NCBI GenBank assembly: GCA_044892525.1
Contig: CM097887.1
Span: forward strand, 134,022,397-134,086,396
Length of the DNA stretch: 64,000 bases
Origin: Schmidtea polychroa
Lineage: Eukaryota
Direction of reading: 5' to 3'
Shown piece by piece: positions 33,297 through 47,190 of this stretch (position 1 is the stretch's first letter; every line of letters begins with the position of its first letter). The notes under the pieces are model-generated. The model saw nothing but the letters and a program-made list of their open reading frames with translations, searched no databases and was not told the DNA's origin. Position numbers and translations under genes: made by a program.

Positions 33297-35388
33297 ATAA
33301 AAACACCAAAATCGGCTGAAACAATAATAATAATAATATTAATATTAAACAAGTAAATGATAATATAAGCCTTTTGCAATAAAGTGTATTTTGAATAAAA
33401 TGAAATAATTTTCAATTTTAAAAATGATCCTTATCAATTTCTGGGAATTTAGCTGTTTCGATTTTCAAATACTTTTTGATCTTCTTTTTATATTTTCATT
33501 TCCTCTCTTTTCATTGGTTAAAATTAATAAAATAAATCAAAATAATGATTTTAATTCATCCAATTTCTTGGAATTTTCATAATTTCCTTTCATATAATTT
33601 GGTAATTTCTTCAAATTTTCGTATATTTAAGACTAATTTATTTTATTTTCTCGATTTTTATTAGTTCTTTGTAGTATTTGTCATTTTCAGTTCGGAATTG
33701 TATCTTATTAACTTTGTAGTATCGCTTTATTGGCCACTTCTTTATCTTCCAGCTTTTCATGAAAATATCAATCAATTTTCTTTAATAATTTTCCTCATAA
33801 CCATAAATATTTCCCAACTATATTTCATTCACTTTCTGTTGAAAATTTCATTTTAAATTGATAATTTTTCTATAAAATTTAGTTAATGCTTGTTTACTCT
33901 CCATGAATTTCAGACAAATTAAACAATATAAATAAATTTTAACAAGTTCGTGTGACCTGTGCAATAAATGGCGCATTGACAGTTTGTAAGATTTTGTAAA
34001 CTCAGTAAATTTGTTAATATTTGGTTGAATTCATCTTACAAAATAAATTCTTTTATTTTTAAATTCCTTAAAAATTGCTAGAAATTTATTGCTAATTCAA
34101 ACTATAAAACAAAAGAATTTTATGAAACAATTGATAAATTTAATTAATTTTTTATTGTCTAATTCATTAAAATAGATTAAAAACGTTCTTTTACGTTTTC
34201 TATTAATTATTTCCTTAAGAAACTTAGCAGTAAATACTTTGAATAATTATTTGATAATTCTCTTCGAGCTTCCAATTTGAGGTAAATTATATTTCTAATA
34301 AATTTTTATTGAGAATTTTCGGTTTCATTAAAATTGATTATTTAATTATAAAAAAGATTATTTTTAATTGTTTTAATCTTTCAAATGAAAATAATTAATT
34401 TAATTTATTAATGCATTTTTAATGTTATAAATATATTTCTATTTATCAAACTAGGTATTTTAAAAATTAGACTTTATATTTTGAGTTTTTTTAACTACAT
34501 AATCCATTAATAAATTTATACAAGTACTATTCGGTGCAATTGTTTTATGCATAAATTGGATAAACAACATTAATAAATTAAAATAAAAAAACAGTGAATA
34601 TTTATTAATGAGAATTTTGTAAAAGTTATATTTTATATCTGACTGATCACAAAATTATATAATTAATTAAATTTCCAAATATGAATTTTATAATTAAATT
34701 AATTATTTTCTCTAGAACTGTTGATTGTTGAACATAAAAACCAATTTTCAGTTGGCTAAATTCGAGACAAAAGTGTGGTGGAGTCATCCAGAATAATATT
34801 TAAATGCTCAGAAATCTTTAGACAAAATAATAGAAAAAAATCCATGTTACAAAATTCATAAATAATTGAAGCGAAAAAATTAATTAAAAATTGAAAAATT
34901 AACATCCTTCGGGGGAAATGGATAAGGCCAGGTGGGAAATGGTGAGACAAATACGAATAAAGCAATATACAACTAATTAAGGGTCCCATGAAAAAGTTAT
35001 TGAAGAAATATAAATTAATTAATTCATGAAGTGTAAAATAAATAATTAAATAAATAAATTTAACAAAGAAAATAAAGTTGTGAGGTGGATCGATATATAC
35101 AGTTAGGAAACAGTTTATTTGAAATAATGAAATAATAAAAAATAAATATATTTCAATAAAATAATAAAACAATAATAATTAAATATTTTTAGCAATTTTA
35201 TTTTAATTTACTTTCTAATAAAATGTTGGTGTTCCGTGTAGTGCCTCTGACTTTCATATTAATAAATATATTAATTTAATAATTAAATTTCAAATACATT
35301 ATTAAATTAATTAAATTAAAACATATTTTTTTAATATTCTCATATATACACTTTCTCTCAAACCTCTCCATCCTTTTAATCAATAAAA

Positions 35389-35508
35389 ATGTGTTCGAAA
35401 CTCTCGAATTGCGGATCAACTGAATGCTTTACTTATATATCAGATGCACATTACAAATGAGAAAGCTGCTGCTGATACTTCTACTCTTCGTTAGATCACA
35501 GAACATGC
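35389..35508 (+). pseudogene. Degenerate EGF-like module
   Basis: MCSKLSNCGSTECFTYISDAHYK*ESCC*YFYSSLDHRTC. Cys spacing and the LxDxRTC ending resemble EGF-like repeats, with two in-frame TGA. Confidence 0.35.
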
Positions 35509-37745
35509 AGTCAATGAATAAATCAAGTTCAAAACATCAAATCAACCATTACAATTGAATTTCTAAACAACTAGAAATCAGGCGAGTTATATTTAATTAA
35601 ATGTAATGCCATACCTAAATTCGCAAATACCAGATACGCTTTGTACAAAGATGTGGAATCCAATTAATTTATTTTACTGATTATTATTATGTTTCTACAT
35701 TTTAGGCTATTAAATGATACTGTAGTCATGGTTTAATTTAACTTTGATTTTAAAATGCTAAATGATTTTAATTCGGTCATTGTTGCAGGTGTGAGTGCAT
35801 TCTGTAGCAATTATATAAGAAATTTAAAACGTGGTTGAGAATGATAAGGTGGCTATTATTTCAGAATATTTTAGTTCTTTTCTTATTTAATCAAGACGAA
35901 CATTCTTAAAACTCTCTAAAAGACATTGATTGGTTTGCAATATACAGCGCCGACAAAGGCGGTCATCACTAGTTATATATGGCTTAGCAAATGTCAAAAG
36001 TTTATTTGTGTTAATGAATGATCAAAATCTTTAGTAAGTTAAAACGTTTGGGTCAGGCAGGCTCTTAGCCTCAAAAGATTGGAAATTATTTTTAGTAATA
36101 ACAAAATAAAGGAATTATATATTATTTATAAGACAAATAATTACCGAATATATACAAAATTATAAAATTACAAAATCTGCCAATTTCCTGAACTGAAAAA
36201 CCAAAAATATTTGTCATTTTATTTTGGTGTTCTAAATATAATATTTTATTTAAAATTAACCCCAAGAAAAGTAATATAAAATGTCTCCAAAATTTTGTCT
36301 AAAGGACGATGAAACTTGAAATATAAAATTAAATTAACGAGGCAAATGTCGTTCATGGAGAAATTTTGAGAAAATGTTGGAGATTTTTTAATAATCAAAA
36401 AGTGGTACAAATTATCCCGATTTACGAGAATGATAATTATTGCGAGGAGGGCTAAATTATGTTTGAGGAAATATTCTGACTAGACATATTCCTTGCGAAG
36501 AGATTCAGATACATTTTGTCTGTAATCATTTGGTACATTTATTATTTGAGAATTAAGGATGCCTTACATTGTCATACTTTTAGTTTTTGTTCAATTACCA
36601 GATACTATTCAATCTTATTTATTCGGTTATGAAATAATTAAAAGTAATTTCTAAATTATTTCTATTTTTCTGCTCATGCAAAAAGCACCTCGATAGATTT
36701 TCGTTGTCTTTAACTTTTTATATTTATTTATAGACATATATATTATAAGAACTTTTGGACCATGTAAAAAAGGCCATATGGCTTTTCTTTATATGATATT
36801 TTTTTTATATAATTAATAGATATGAAAATAGATATAATCAATAGATGGCATCTAGTTGTTTGTTGGTTGCAGATATCTGGTTGTTAACTGGTTGTTTGTA
36901 TGAAGTTGATGGGTTGGGGGTAGGTGGAGGTTGAGTGTGACCAATACCCTTACGACCAATACCCACAGAAGGACAAAACATGATGTCGGATAAACTCAGA
37001 CTATATATAATAAAACGAATTAACAATAATTAATAGTAAATATAAATTAATATAAATTAAATATAAATATAAATTAAATCGAGAAAGGGTAAAAGAACGT
37101 GCGACAGGTCAAAATTTTTAACGGAAATCATATGGATGTGGAACAACAGTGAAAGTCTTTGTAGATCTTTGCTTAACTTAATTAAAATTTAAATTGGTGT
37201 CTTATTTATTTTTATTATTTTTTATTTCTTGGCTTTTTATATGATGCTACTTTTGGCTTTTTTTTACACAACCCGAACTTTTTTCAATTTTCACCTCTGA
37301 TATTAATATTTATTAATAAATTGACTATTAATTAGTAAAGATATAGTAAATAAATAAATATATATATATATATACAATATCAATCTGCTTATTAGCCTTT
37401 AAGACCAACGTTCTGTCCAATGCAACACAATATCTACAAATAAAAATAAAAGGGCTAAGACAGGATTCATTTTTGGGACCATTCGTTGTTTTTACTTTTT
37501 AAATGTTTAAATAGAAACGTGACAAAATTTAGCATGTGTAGTGTGTGTGTCTTTATCAAAATTGAAATAAAAAAAAACAATTTAATATAAACAGATAGAA
37601 ACATTTAGTGCGAAAGGAAAAATAAATAATTACACAGAAAAGTTCACCAAATTTCAATAATAACAAAAACACACAATTGAACATTAAATGGGAGCCTAAT
37701 TTTAAATTGTAACAGAAAATGACAAATATTTATCAAAATATATAT

Positions 37746-40700
37746 TAGGGTGTCCCTTAGTACAAAGCAAAAAAATGAAAGTTATAATTTCAACTCTGGC
37801 ACCAATTCAATCTGTGCCAAATATAGAAATAATGAATTGTGAAAAATCTTTACAATTGTACAATATTTAGAGGTGGTCCTCGATGTTTAAGTTTTGTACG
37901 GAAATTCTAAATTGCCACAGTTTTCTTGCGTGTCACACAGTCACACAGTCACACACAAAAGCCCGTAAAAGTTCAGTTTACTATATAGAATAATATTACT
38001 GATTTAAAAACAACTCCAACATCACATATTAAGTATTATGTCTCTGCCAGACTGCCAACTATTCATCCGTGTTACTGTTATTTCGTAGTGTCCGATTGTT
38101 CACCAGTACTAGCACAAATCGCTAGGATTCGTTTAGTACAGGCAGGGAGCTGTCGCTTGTATTCATTCTCAATTTGAAGAAGAAACTGGAGTCGATCTTT
38201 ATTCTTGCTCAATTTCTTGTTATATTCTTGAATGAAAGCTACTCCACGCTCAGCCCAAGGTCTTGAATATGCCCAGTGCTTGTGTCTACGACTCAACCTG
38301 TTCCCAGTCTGATGGATCCCTGTCGAGCAGTATTTCGGGTAGACCAAGCAACTGGAACAGTTCCTTGGAGTTTGATGTATAAAACTGCTCCAAACCGAGT
38401 TTTTCCAGGAATGCATCAGAATTTAAGCTGGGTAGCTTCAATGGATGATCCGGAGCTTCTTCGTCCATCGCGGTAATTTTTGAGTTATGCGATAATCTGA
38501 AGTCAAATAGAGCGAGATAATGAGCTCCTCGGACAGGTATCACAAATGTAAATCAAGCTTTTTGCTGGTTGCAGCAGAAATATCCGCATAAAGATAATTC
38601 AGAAGTTGTTCCATAAGCTTGAAGTCATTCAGAGCTGCTTCAACAGCTAGTGGTGCAGTCATTCAGGCTTTGAGGTGGATGATAACGGAAAAATGGCGAC
38701 ATCACAAATACCACGCTCTTTTGAAGCAGTCATCTTGAACTGACTGCGAAAAATACACATTGTACTCTATTTGAAAGGCATTTGAAAGTGAATTCCGCGA
38801 TCAGGAACAACGCCAAGAAATATGACTGCAAGCTCAAGGAATTCTCTGTGGTCATCTCTTGGTTGTTCAGCTTGCAAATATGTTCTGGCAAAAGTCAGGA
38901 TATCAGAACGATATGGAGCACCTAGTAACTCAACAGATGGGTCCGATGGAGCAACGGTTTATGCATGACCATTGATCATGGAACCACTTGAAAATTAGAA
39001 TGTCTGGTCCTGTTGATCGTCATATCAAATTCTACTCCGACAATAAGCTCCATAGCGTGGTGACGACAGGCAGTGCCGGATTTAGATCTGATAAGGCCCT
39101 AGGCTATTTGAAATATGGGGCCTTTATAAAACAAGATATCATATCTCAGCGCCAAATATGATTTTCGGATACCTAGAGGGATAAACTGAAATACAATTAA
39201 TAAGTATAGATATTGAAATAATAAATCTTTAATTTCAAAAACTTATTTATTCATAAAAACTTAAAAATGCAAACTCTGATAAAAAGAAGCAAAAGATCTT
39301 TTAAAAAAACAATTTACAAAGGCTTATTATCTAATCTCTCGAAACATGCTATGAGAATTAAGGAATTATATTAAACTAAAATATTTTCTTTCTTGCCTTT
39401 GCCTGCGCAAAGTCACTGAGGACATCATCGAATGATAAACTGTGTAGTTTGTCACTTTCTATACACATGAGACTGAGGGAACATAATTTATCTTGAGTCA
39501 TTGCTGTTCTAAATTCAGAAGCTGTCGAAATTTATCAGTAATCTCAGTTGTCATAATTATGGCTAAACAAACCTTAGGCACAATAGCGCTTTGCCTTTGT
39601 TCTTTGAATTGACGTCCTAAAAGAATTGGATGAAGAGTATGAGACGTTTCAGGCATGCGGCAGTAAGAAAAATAATGCTGCAGTATATTTAAGTCGACAT
39701 GACAATTTCTCATTCGGATACTTTTTGGGCCCTAGGCTATAGCCTGTGTAGCCTATACGTAAATCCTTCACTGACGAGAGGCCAGGAATAGAAAATCTTT
39801 GTTTAATTTGTGCTCGATCAGAGTACGTGCTCCTGGACGATGACCAGTATTAGATGCGGTCGTATCAAAGCAAAGAGCAGCGACCTGATCTTCGACACCC
39901 CACTATTCCAAACATTGAACGACTGCAGATGTTTGGGTTTCACCTGTCCCAGTCGACAACTTTGGGACGCCAAGTAACTGTTCGACTCCAACACCTGAGA
40001 TAAGGACTCGAAGACGATCTACATGTTCCTAAGCCGATAAATCTTCCATCAGCTTTCTGTCGCAGTGAACCATTAAAGAGTTAGATGATGAAAACTCTAA
40101 TCGCAAACCGGTAGATCTGTTAGCCCAATGACTTGCTTTAACATGATGTATTGAGCATCGGTTGATGTTTAAAGTGTTCACATCATGGCCAAGGCTGAAA
40201 GCTACTTCACTTAAAACGAAGGTAGCATTCCGTGATGACATCTTAGTTCTTTCCAAAGCTGATGTTAAACCTGGAGAAAGCACAATAATTTTTGCTCTTT
40301 TGGGTCCATCTGGTTGACTGAAAGTTTCGCTTTTATCAGCAAACTCGTCTTCGTCAGACTTATCATCATATAAAGATGATGTAGTGTCAAGTGGAGACTG
40401 GGTGGAATATTCTTCAATTTCCTCTTGTGATCGCTTCTTACGCTTCAGTTCTACCTCATTCCGATCCAGACGACGTTTTCTATTTAGTTCTTCAACCTTG
40501 TCTAGAGCCACAATTGAGCCTGATCGATCTTTTTAAATTTGAGAGAGGAGGAACGCTCTATCTTCAGGAATAGTCATCAAAGTGAGGGCATCATCATGAG
40601 CAATGCCAAAGAGATTGTCAAGGCGTGCGATGAATTCATCCACCTTCGTCTTGTGTACACTGGTTTCCCGATTCTTATGGTTTTGTTGACCTCTCCATTC

Positions 40701-41568
40701 AACAAAGAATGCTTCCAATTTGCTGATACAATGTTGGACTGCAAGAACCGGAATGCCTAACTTATTCCAAAATCCAAACACATTTTCGATGGATTCTCGA
40801 CTAGAATCATGTACTGCCAGATTGTCAACTTTGTGAAGATAATAATAAATAACCAAAAGCTTGGCGATATGATGGTAACTTTGCTCCGAGAATGTCGGAC
40901 ATGGTTGAACCAATCAAGTATACATTGGGTTTTCCTCTGGTTTCCATTGTAATCTGTAAAAAAACATTAATCAAATGCTTACAATGCGTAATTAAGCATT
41001 GTATGCTTACATAAAATAGTGACCAATGAATTAATTATTGAAATAATAATTTAACACAAAACTAAACCAATAGAGAGAAATTGGATTAATTATAAAATTT
41101 TCCTTGAATTTAAATAATCCTGTTAGACCAGCAGTTGTACTGTAATTAAAACTTAACAGACAGTGAGACACTGACAGGTAAGTTTATATAATTATAAACT
41201 TTTTGCTAATTTGCAGCCACCATTTTATTCTTTGCCTAGAATATTTATTATTCATTGAGATGATGCTATACAACCAACCACCAACAATAGAGACGCCAAC
41301 CACCACTATAGAGAACGTATCTCAGTGGTGTTTGGTGTAATAAGTGAGTAGGTGTCTAACTACAATACAGCATATTAAAACAACATGCAAATTGAAACAA
41401 GTTTCACAATAAATTTAACGGATTTGGTAAAACTTTAAAGCTCGAAGGCCACCTCTAAATATTGTCCCATTTCAATAATTTTTGCACAGAATTTTATTTC
41501 TGTAAGTGGAATACATTGGAGGGATGCGTGAAGATGATTTCAAACTTACATTTTTAAGGGCCGCCCCA
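37746..41568 (-). mobile_element. hATm-family DNA transposon with decayed transposase (about 38130-40915)
   Basis: TIRs TAGGGTGTCCCTTA / TAAGGGCCGCCCCA, with long subterminal inverted repeats. Flanks are ATATATAT / GTATGTAT. Motifs: FWNKLGIP, LDNLFGIAHDDAL...EDRAFL, VHCDRKL, CFDTTASNTG, RDDHREFLEL, AERGVAFIQEYN. Confidence 0.88.
39071..39773 (-). mobile_element. Internally deleted hAT (Tip100/Zaphod-like) element nested in the hATm transposase
   Basis: CAGTGCCGGATTTA...TAAATCCTTCACTG, TSD ACGACAGG / ACGAGAGG. It retains FRTAMTQDKLCSLSLMCIESD...FAQAKARKK. Confidence 0.85.
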
Positions 41569-44500
41569 GTATGTATGATATTTTAACATTATTTATGTGA
41601 AATAGTTAAAGTCATAGAAATTTTTAATTTTATGTTTAAAATTTAGCAAATTTATAATCTTGTGAATAATCTTTTCCCAAAAATAGTGTTGGAGAAACAT
41701 TTCACATTATAAAATAAAACCCCATTTGGGAAATGAACGAAATGTTTAGTTATTGAAAAGATTTTTACATGAGCATTCAAATAAAATTTTTCCCCATGAA
41801 AAAGTTTCGCTTTTCTGATGTCAACAATTCTACATACATTTTTTTTCAATTTCAATAAAATCATCGTCGACAAATATTGGAAAAGAAATAAAAAAAATAT
41901 TCATTCTTCTCATGATTGAAACATTTTTACCAAAGTATTAAAATAATTTCCCGCGTTGCAATTTCATTTTTGAGATAATTTTAAATAACAATGTTTTTAA
42001 ATTAATTTATTTTTACGTTTTTTTCAGATGTCATCTTAATTAATTTTGTTTTATTCGATTTATTTTTTTCCCTATATTTCCAATTCAACTGAGATTTTCT
42101 TACACTAATTTTTTATACTATGTCAATATTTGTTTTAATACTTAAATCAGTAGTTAAAGTGGTGATCCGCGAGTTACTCATCACCGCTCCGTGGAAGAGT
42201 AAAAAATTAATTTCGATTTTCAATTTTTTTATTTAAAATTGTTAAATTATTTGACTGTTACTTATTGGTATTCTAGTAAAATATATGTCGTTTTTGTTAG
42301 CGCTCGTCAATTAAATTAGTGGTTTACGATCTTCAACAAAAACTTAGCTCCAGTCCGTCGCATGCAGAACTTTAAGAACCATTGACTTAAATCATCAAGA
42401 CATTTATGTGTAGATTACCATGACGTAATCCATTCGAAAAATTCATTCTTTCAGATACATCTGCAAGCAAGGAAATAAAAAAAATAAAAAATAATATATT
42501 ACCCACTTCTTTTACAAAAAAATATTTCATTAAAACAAATTTAAATTATTTTAAATTTTGAGAGGTTTAGATTTTAATCATATTTTTGAATTGGCATGAA
42601 CCGTTTCACAGTAGAATGATGTGCGTCCGTGAATATAATAAATAAATCACTTGTATAAATTAATAAAAAATTCAAAAATAAATCAAAAATTTCGATATTC
42701 TTTAATTTTTCCATTTTCTTTTTGTTATTGAATTAAATTTTTCTTTTAAAATGAATAAATTTTTTATTTTTGTAAATAAAAAATCTGAAAAATTTTTTTG
42801 AGTACGCCTAATAATTCTGGACTCAGGGGCTCCAAATTTCATAAAACGGCACTGCCTGTACCTGACAAAATATACCATCTTATTTATCAAAACATTCCTT
42901 AATAAATGGTTCAATTTATTAGTTCTGATCTTATAATTTCAAACAATTTAATTTGTGATTTATTTAATAAGTTAGTTGAGTTATATTCTGTCAATCCAAT
43001 GAAATCAAGTTTCAATATTCAAACAATTAATTAAATTTAATAATTAAAAATAAATTAAAACAATTAACAAACGTTCAATTCTAGTTGTCATTTATATACA
43101 TTTCAAAAAAGTTGTGATATGTATTATTTTCACGATCTGCATCTGCGAAAATATTTAGAAAAATTATTAACCAATGAGCAACATGCATTTACAGAAATAA
43201 ATATTAACTATTTCTAATTTCTTTTTATTAAGTTTCCAAATAAAATGTACATACTAATAATATTGATTAATCTTTGGAAAATTGTTTTGGGTAAGTTTTA
43301 TTATAAAAAAATTCATTGAAATCAGAATATAAATTTAATTAAAATTTTAAGAATTTTCGAATTCATTTTAAAAAAACAAAATAGTAATTTTTTAAAGAAA
43401 AAAACATTAACAATAAATTAAGTAAATATTATTTATAATTATTAATACAAAATATTTTTTATATATTTGAATTTAAAAATTTTAACTTTTTCAAAATTTT
43501 GATATTATATTTGACAAAATATTGTCTGCTTATTTAATATATTTTTTTAACATTAGCTTTATCAAGTATACAGTTTTAAAAGTATATTAGGTTGCTGTGG
43601 AATGAGAGGTTGTTAAATAAAACTACTCAAACAAACAAATTTATTCATTGAAATCTTTTCATCAATTTTTATCAAAAATAAAGTTTAAATGAAAAGGTCT
43701 AACCATAAGGAGAGATGTGAATTTATTTCAATTTTATTGAGTACTAATATTTCTTTCGTTAATTTATGCGATATTTGAGATCAGGAATTACTCTTTTACA
43801 GTAATGCTTGATTTACTTTACTAATGTGGAATAAGAAATATTTATAACATCTTCAACTCCCCACAGTTCTTGATATCAAAGTTGTTTTGAATAGATTCTA
43901 TCTCAAGAACTAATTCAAGAATGATGTCATAAACATTCCACGAAAAACAAATCCTGACTTTTGCTTCAAACCAGGATTGTCAATCTTATCCTTACTTAAA
44001 TCTAGATTCCACTGGAGTTCAATCTTTCTATGAATCTAAGCCCGCATTCAGTTCATTTTTATTTAATAACTTTTATTACTATATAATTAAAAATAATTTC
44101 ACTACCTGTTTAAAAGCAGATATATAGTTTATGAATTTTTCGACTGCAGTTGCTAAATTTAGTAACTTTTACCATGACTATTAGACAAATTTCAAATCAA
44201 CAAATTAAATTTATTTGAGTTGAGTTTTCAATATTTAACATAGTATAACAATTTAAAAAGACATACTTTGAGAAATTACATAAATTATACATCATTCAAT
44301 TTCGAAACGAAAAATTTTAGATAAAATTGAAACAAAAAATTAAATGTCTAGTTAAATTAAGGTATTGTTAATTTTTCATGTCGAATAAATGAGTAATTAT
44401 AGACGCAAAAACTGGTAAATTGCACATAATCTCAACAGTGCTAATAAGAAACTACAAGAATTACAAAGATTGAGAAATAATTATTGCAGAAAATCAAAAA

Positions 44501-45832
44501 TAATATAGATAATTTGATGACATAATCTGAACTCGGAATAGTTTAATATGACTACTTTTTTTGTTATTATTTTACAATGAAAGTTGTATTACTTTTAATT
44601 ACGTTTATAAGTAATAAAATTAAATATATTCAAAATATAAATATATAATTTATTAAAAAGAGAGCCTGAAGACTATAAATCAGTAATATATCGATGTTTT
44701 TGATACTCATGAATTTTCGGCACTGCTTTTTTTCACTTGAAAAAAAATTCAATGGAAAAAATAATCATTGATGAAATTGGAAATAAAAGTTCTTATAATA
44801 AATATATAAAATTATAATGTTGAAAGAATTTTATTTTTATTATCATAAAAATGTTATGCATATTACTTCCATTTGCTAACCCATTGTTACGCCCCTGAAA
44901 TCACTATTTTAGAGAAATAAAAATTTTCTTTTCGTCTTAATTTCATTGTTTCCAATTTTTAAAATAAAGATAAGTAAAAAATAATTTAATATCCTAAAAT
45001 GTTTTCATCTTTATCTCGGAATTCTCGTTTGTTAGAAGCAGTTCTGTATACTTGTACACTCAGTAAAATATATATGAAATCGAGTTATTTTGAAGTAAAA
45101 TTTGAGATTAAGAATGATTATTTTGAGATGGAAGATTAAATACAGGAATGAATAAATATTCTTTCAGATTCAAAATAGTATTTAAAGTAAAAATAACCAA
45201 ATATTAATACAAATATTGAAAGCGCATGAAATCTTTTCAGAAAATGGAAGTTATAAGAGTGTATTTTTATTACTAATAATCTGTATCGTTAAATTTTTAT
45301 ATTTTTTCTTTTTATATTAACACACTTACCAAAATTTATTATTAAAATAACTATTATAATTATTAAACATTGAAATATTTAACGTATGCAACCAATTTAA
45401 ATTATTTGTAATCCTAAATCTTCGCTAAATTAATTTTCATTGTAAAGTTTTCATTACATGTTATCATATTCTGCCACTAATTATCTACATGCGCACACGT
45501 ACACATATATTTATAAATAAGAAATTAGTTGAAGGAAATTATTTCATTATTAATTGAAATATTTATAAATTTTTAACAGATATTGGAAATTTAGTATTCT
45601 AATAATCAAAGTTTTGAAATTTATGACATAAATGACAATATTTATCCCTGTACATTTTCAATGTTTATTCCAAATATCGGTTCAAGATTCCCCACAAATT
45701 TTATTCGAATTATTTTAAATGTATTAAAATGAAAGAAATACTTGTTAGAAGACTTTGGAAACATAAGATTTTGGTTTTTTATAATACTAAAAACCGATTA
45801 TCCTTCCCGAAGTAATTATATTGTAAAAATAT

Positions 45833-46928
45833 TGAGCAAGATACACACATGAATAAATAATACAACATCGTCCCTTTGACATTCATACATATATTATGTA
45901 CTATTTAGTCACTCAAATTCAAAATGCAATAATATTATTTCAAACAGGTATTATTTACAGTTATTCTACACTATCCATCATTTTAAAATGTTTGATCCAT
46001 TCAACACTTCTAATTTTCGATTTTCCATTCTGAAATTCGATCAGCAAACTTATGTCATTTTTATTCTTCTTTATTATTTTACCTGGACCATCAAATCTAT
46101 TTTCGTTTTTATTTGATACATGTTATTTTTACCAAAAAAACATCCTCGACATTGAAAATTCGATTTGGACTTACTTCATTGAAAAATAATTCATCTTCTT
46201 CATTTCCTTGTTTTCGTTTTTGCAACTCTAATCGTTCTGATTTACGCTTTTCCATTAATATTTATAGCTTACATTGTTTGTCATTTTTTATATTTTATTT
46301 CTTTAATAATCTCTTTTATCTTCATAATGATCTCCCTAATCTCTATTATTTCTCAAGTTGATTTCTCTTTTTATATCTTTATCTTATATTGGATTTTGCA
46401 ATAAAAAGGTAGTTATTTTGTCTTTCAATAATTCGTATCTGCCAATCGATCAATGGTTCTAAAAAGTCTCGAATTGATTCATTACATTTTTTTGTAACGG
46501 ATAGCTTCATTTAAATCCCTTCCTATATTTAAAGGTTCTTCAAAGGGTTTTCTGCATCTTTTTTCATAACTGTCAATTTATTCATTGACTACTTTGTTGA
46601 TATAAATGGTCTTATGACCATTTTTTTTGCAATTGAATTGGAATTTGAGTTAAATCATAAAATTTACTAATTTCTTCTAAGAAAATTTTCAGACTGTCTC
46701 CAATGGTAAAGATTTCCGGCTTTGGAATAAAAGCATTAAATGAGTTATTTGTCGTGAGTCCTGGCGTAGTTGCTATGTCAGAATACTTTGGAGACATAAG
46801 ATTTACTAGTACTAAAAACTGAATATCTAAGATACACACATGAATAAATAATAAGACATCTCACCTTTGATATTTAAACATACATTACGTAATATTAATT
46901 CATATAAATTATTTACAGTTATTTTACA
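45833..46928 (-). mobile_element. Small LTR-retrotransposon derivative with a gag-like fragment
   Basis: Direct repeats at about 45833-45970 and 46820-46928, both starting TGTA(G/A)AATAACTGTAAATAAT on minus. A purine tract precedes the 3' copy. FIPKPEIFTIGDSLKIFLEEISKFYDL follows the 5' copy. No TSD was found. Confidence 0.5.
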
Positions 46929-46959
46929 ACAATACTAATGGAAAATCTAATAATATTAA

Positions 46960-47190
46960 CCCTTTCCTATCTTGTGTCTATAAAAATAAAACAAAAAAAA
47001 TTAACCATTCTATCCTCTATCTGTAAAAAAATGACATTATTTTTGAATAGTTAATGTCCTATGCACTGTCTATTATATTATGACCAACTGTTTATAGAGC
47101 GATAAGCTGTAGGATGTCTGTATGTCTGGATGATGAATTATATTAGGATTGGAACGGGCGGGACACATAAAATAAAAAAGATAGGAAATA
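46960..47190. mobile_element. piggyBac-like MITE
   Basis: TTAA|CCCTTTCCTATC...GATAGGAAATA|TTAA. The right TIR is degenerate. Confidence 0.5.

Noticed and set aside
34756-35172. 138-aa F/I/L-rich ORF (similar cases at 1753-2025, 27989-28210, 46113-46361)
   Set aside because: Composition is what AT-rich non-coding DNA gives, with no recognisable motif.
39771-39800. CTGACGA...GAAA hammerhead-like words
   Set aside because: No stem II. The CTGACGA is created by a TIR end plus its TSD.
40318-40360. Minus-strand CTGACGA...GCGAAAC hammerhead-like string
   Set aside because: It lies in hATm coding sequence, and stems I and II do not form properly.
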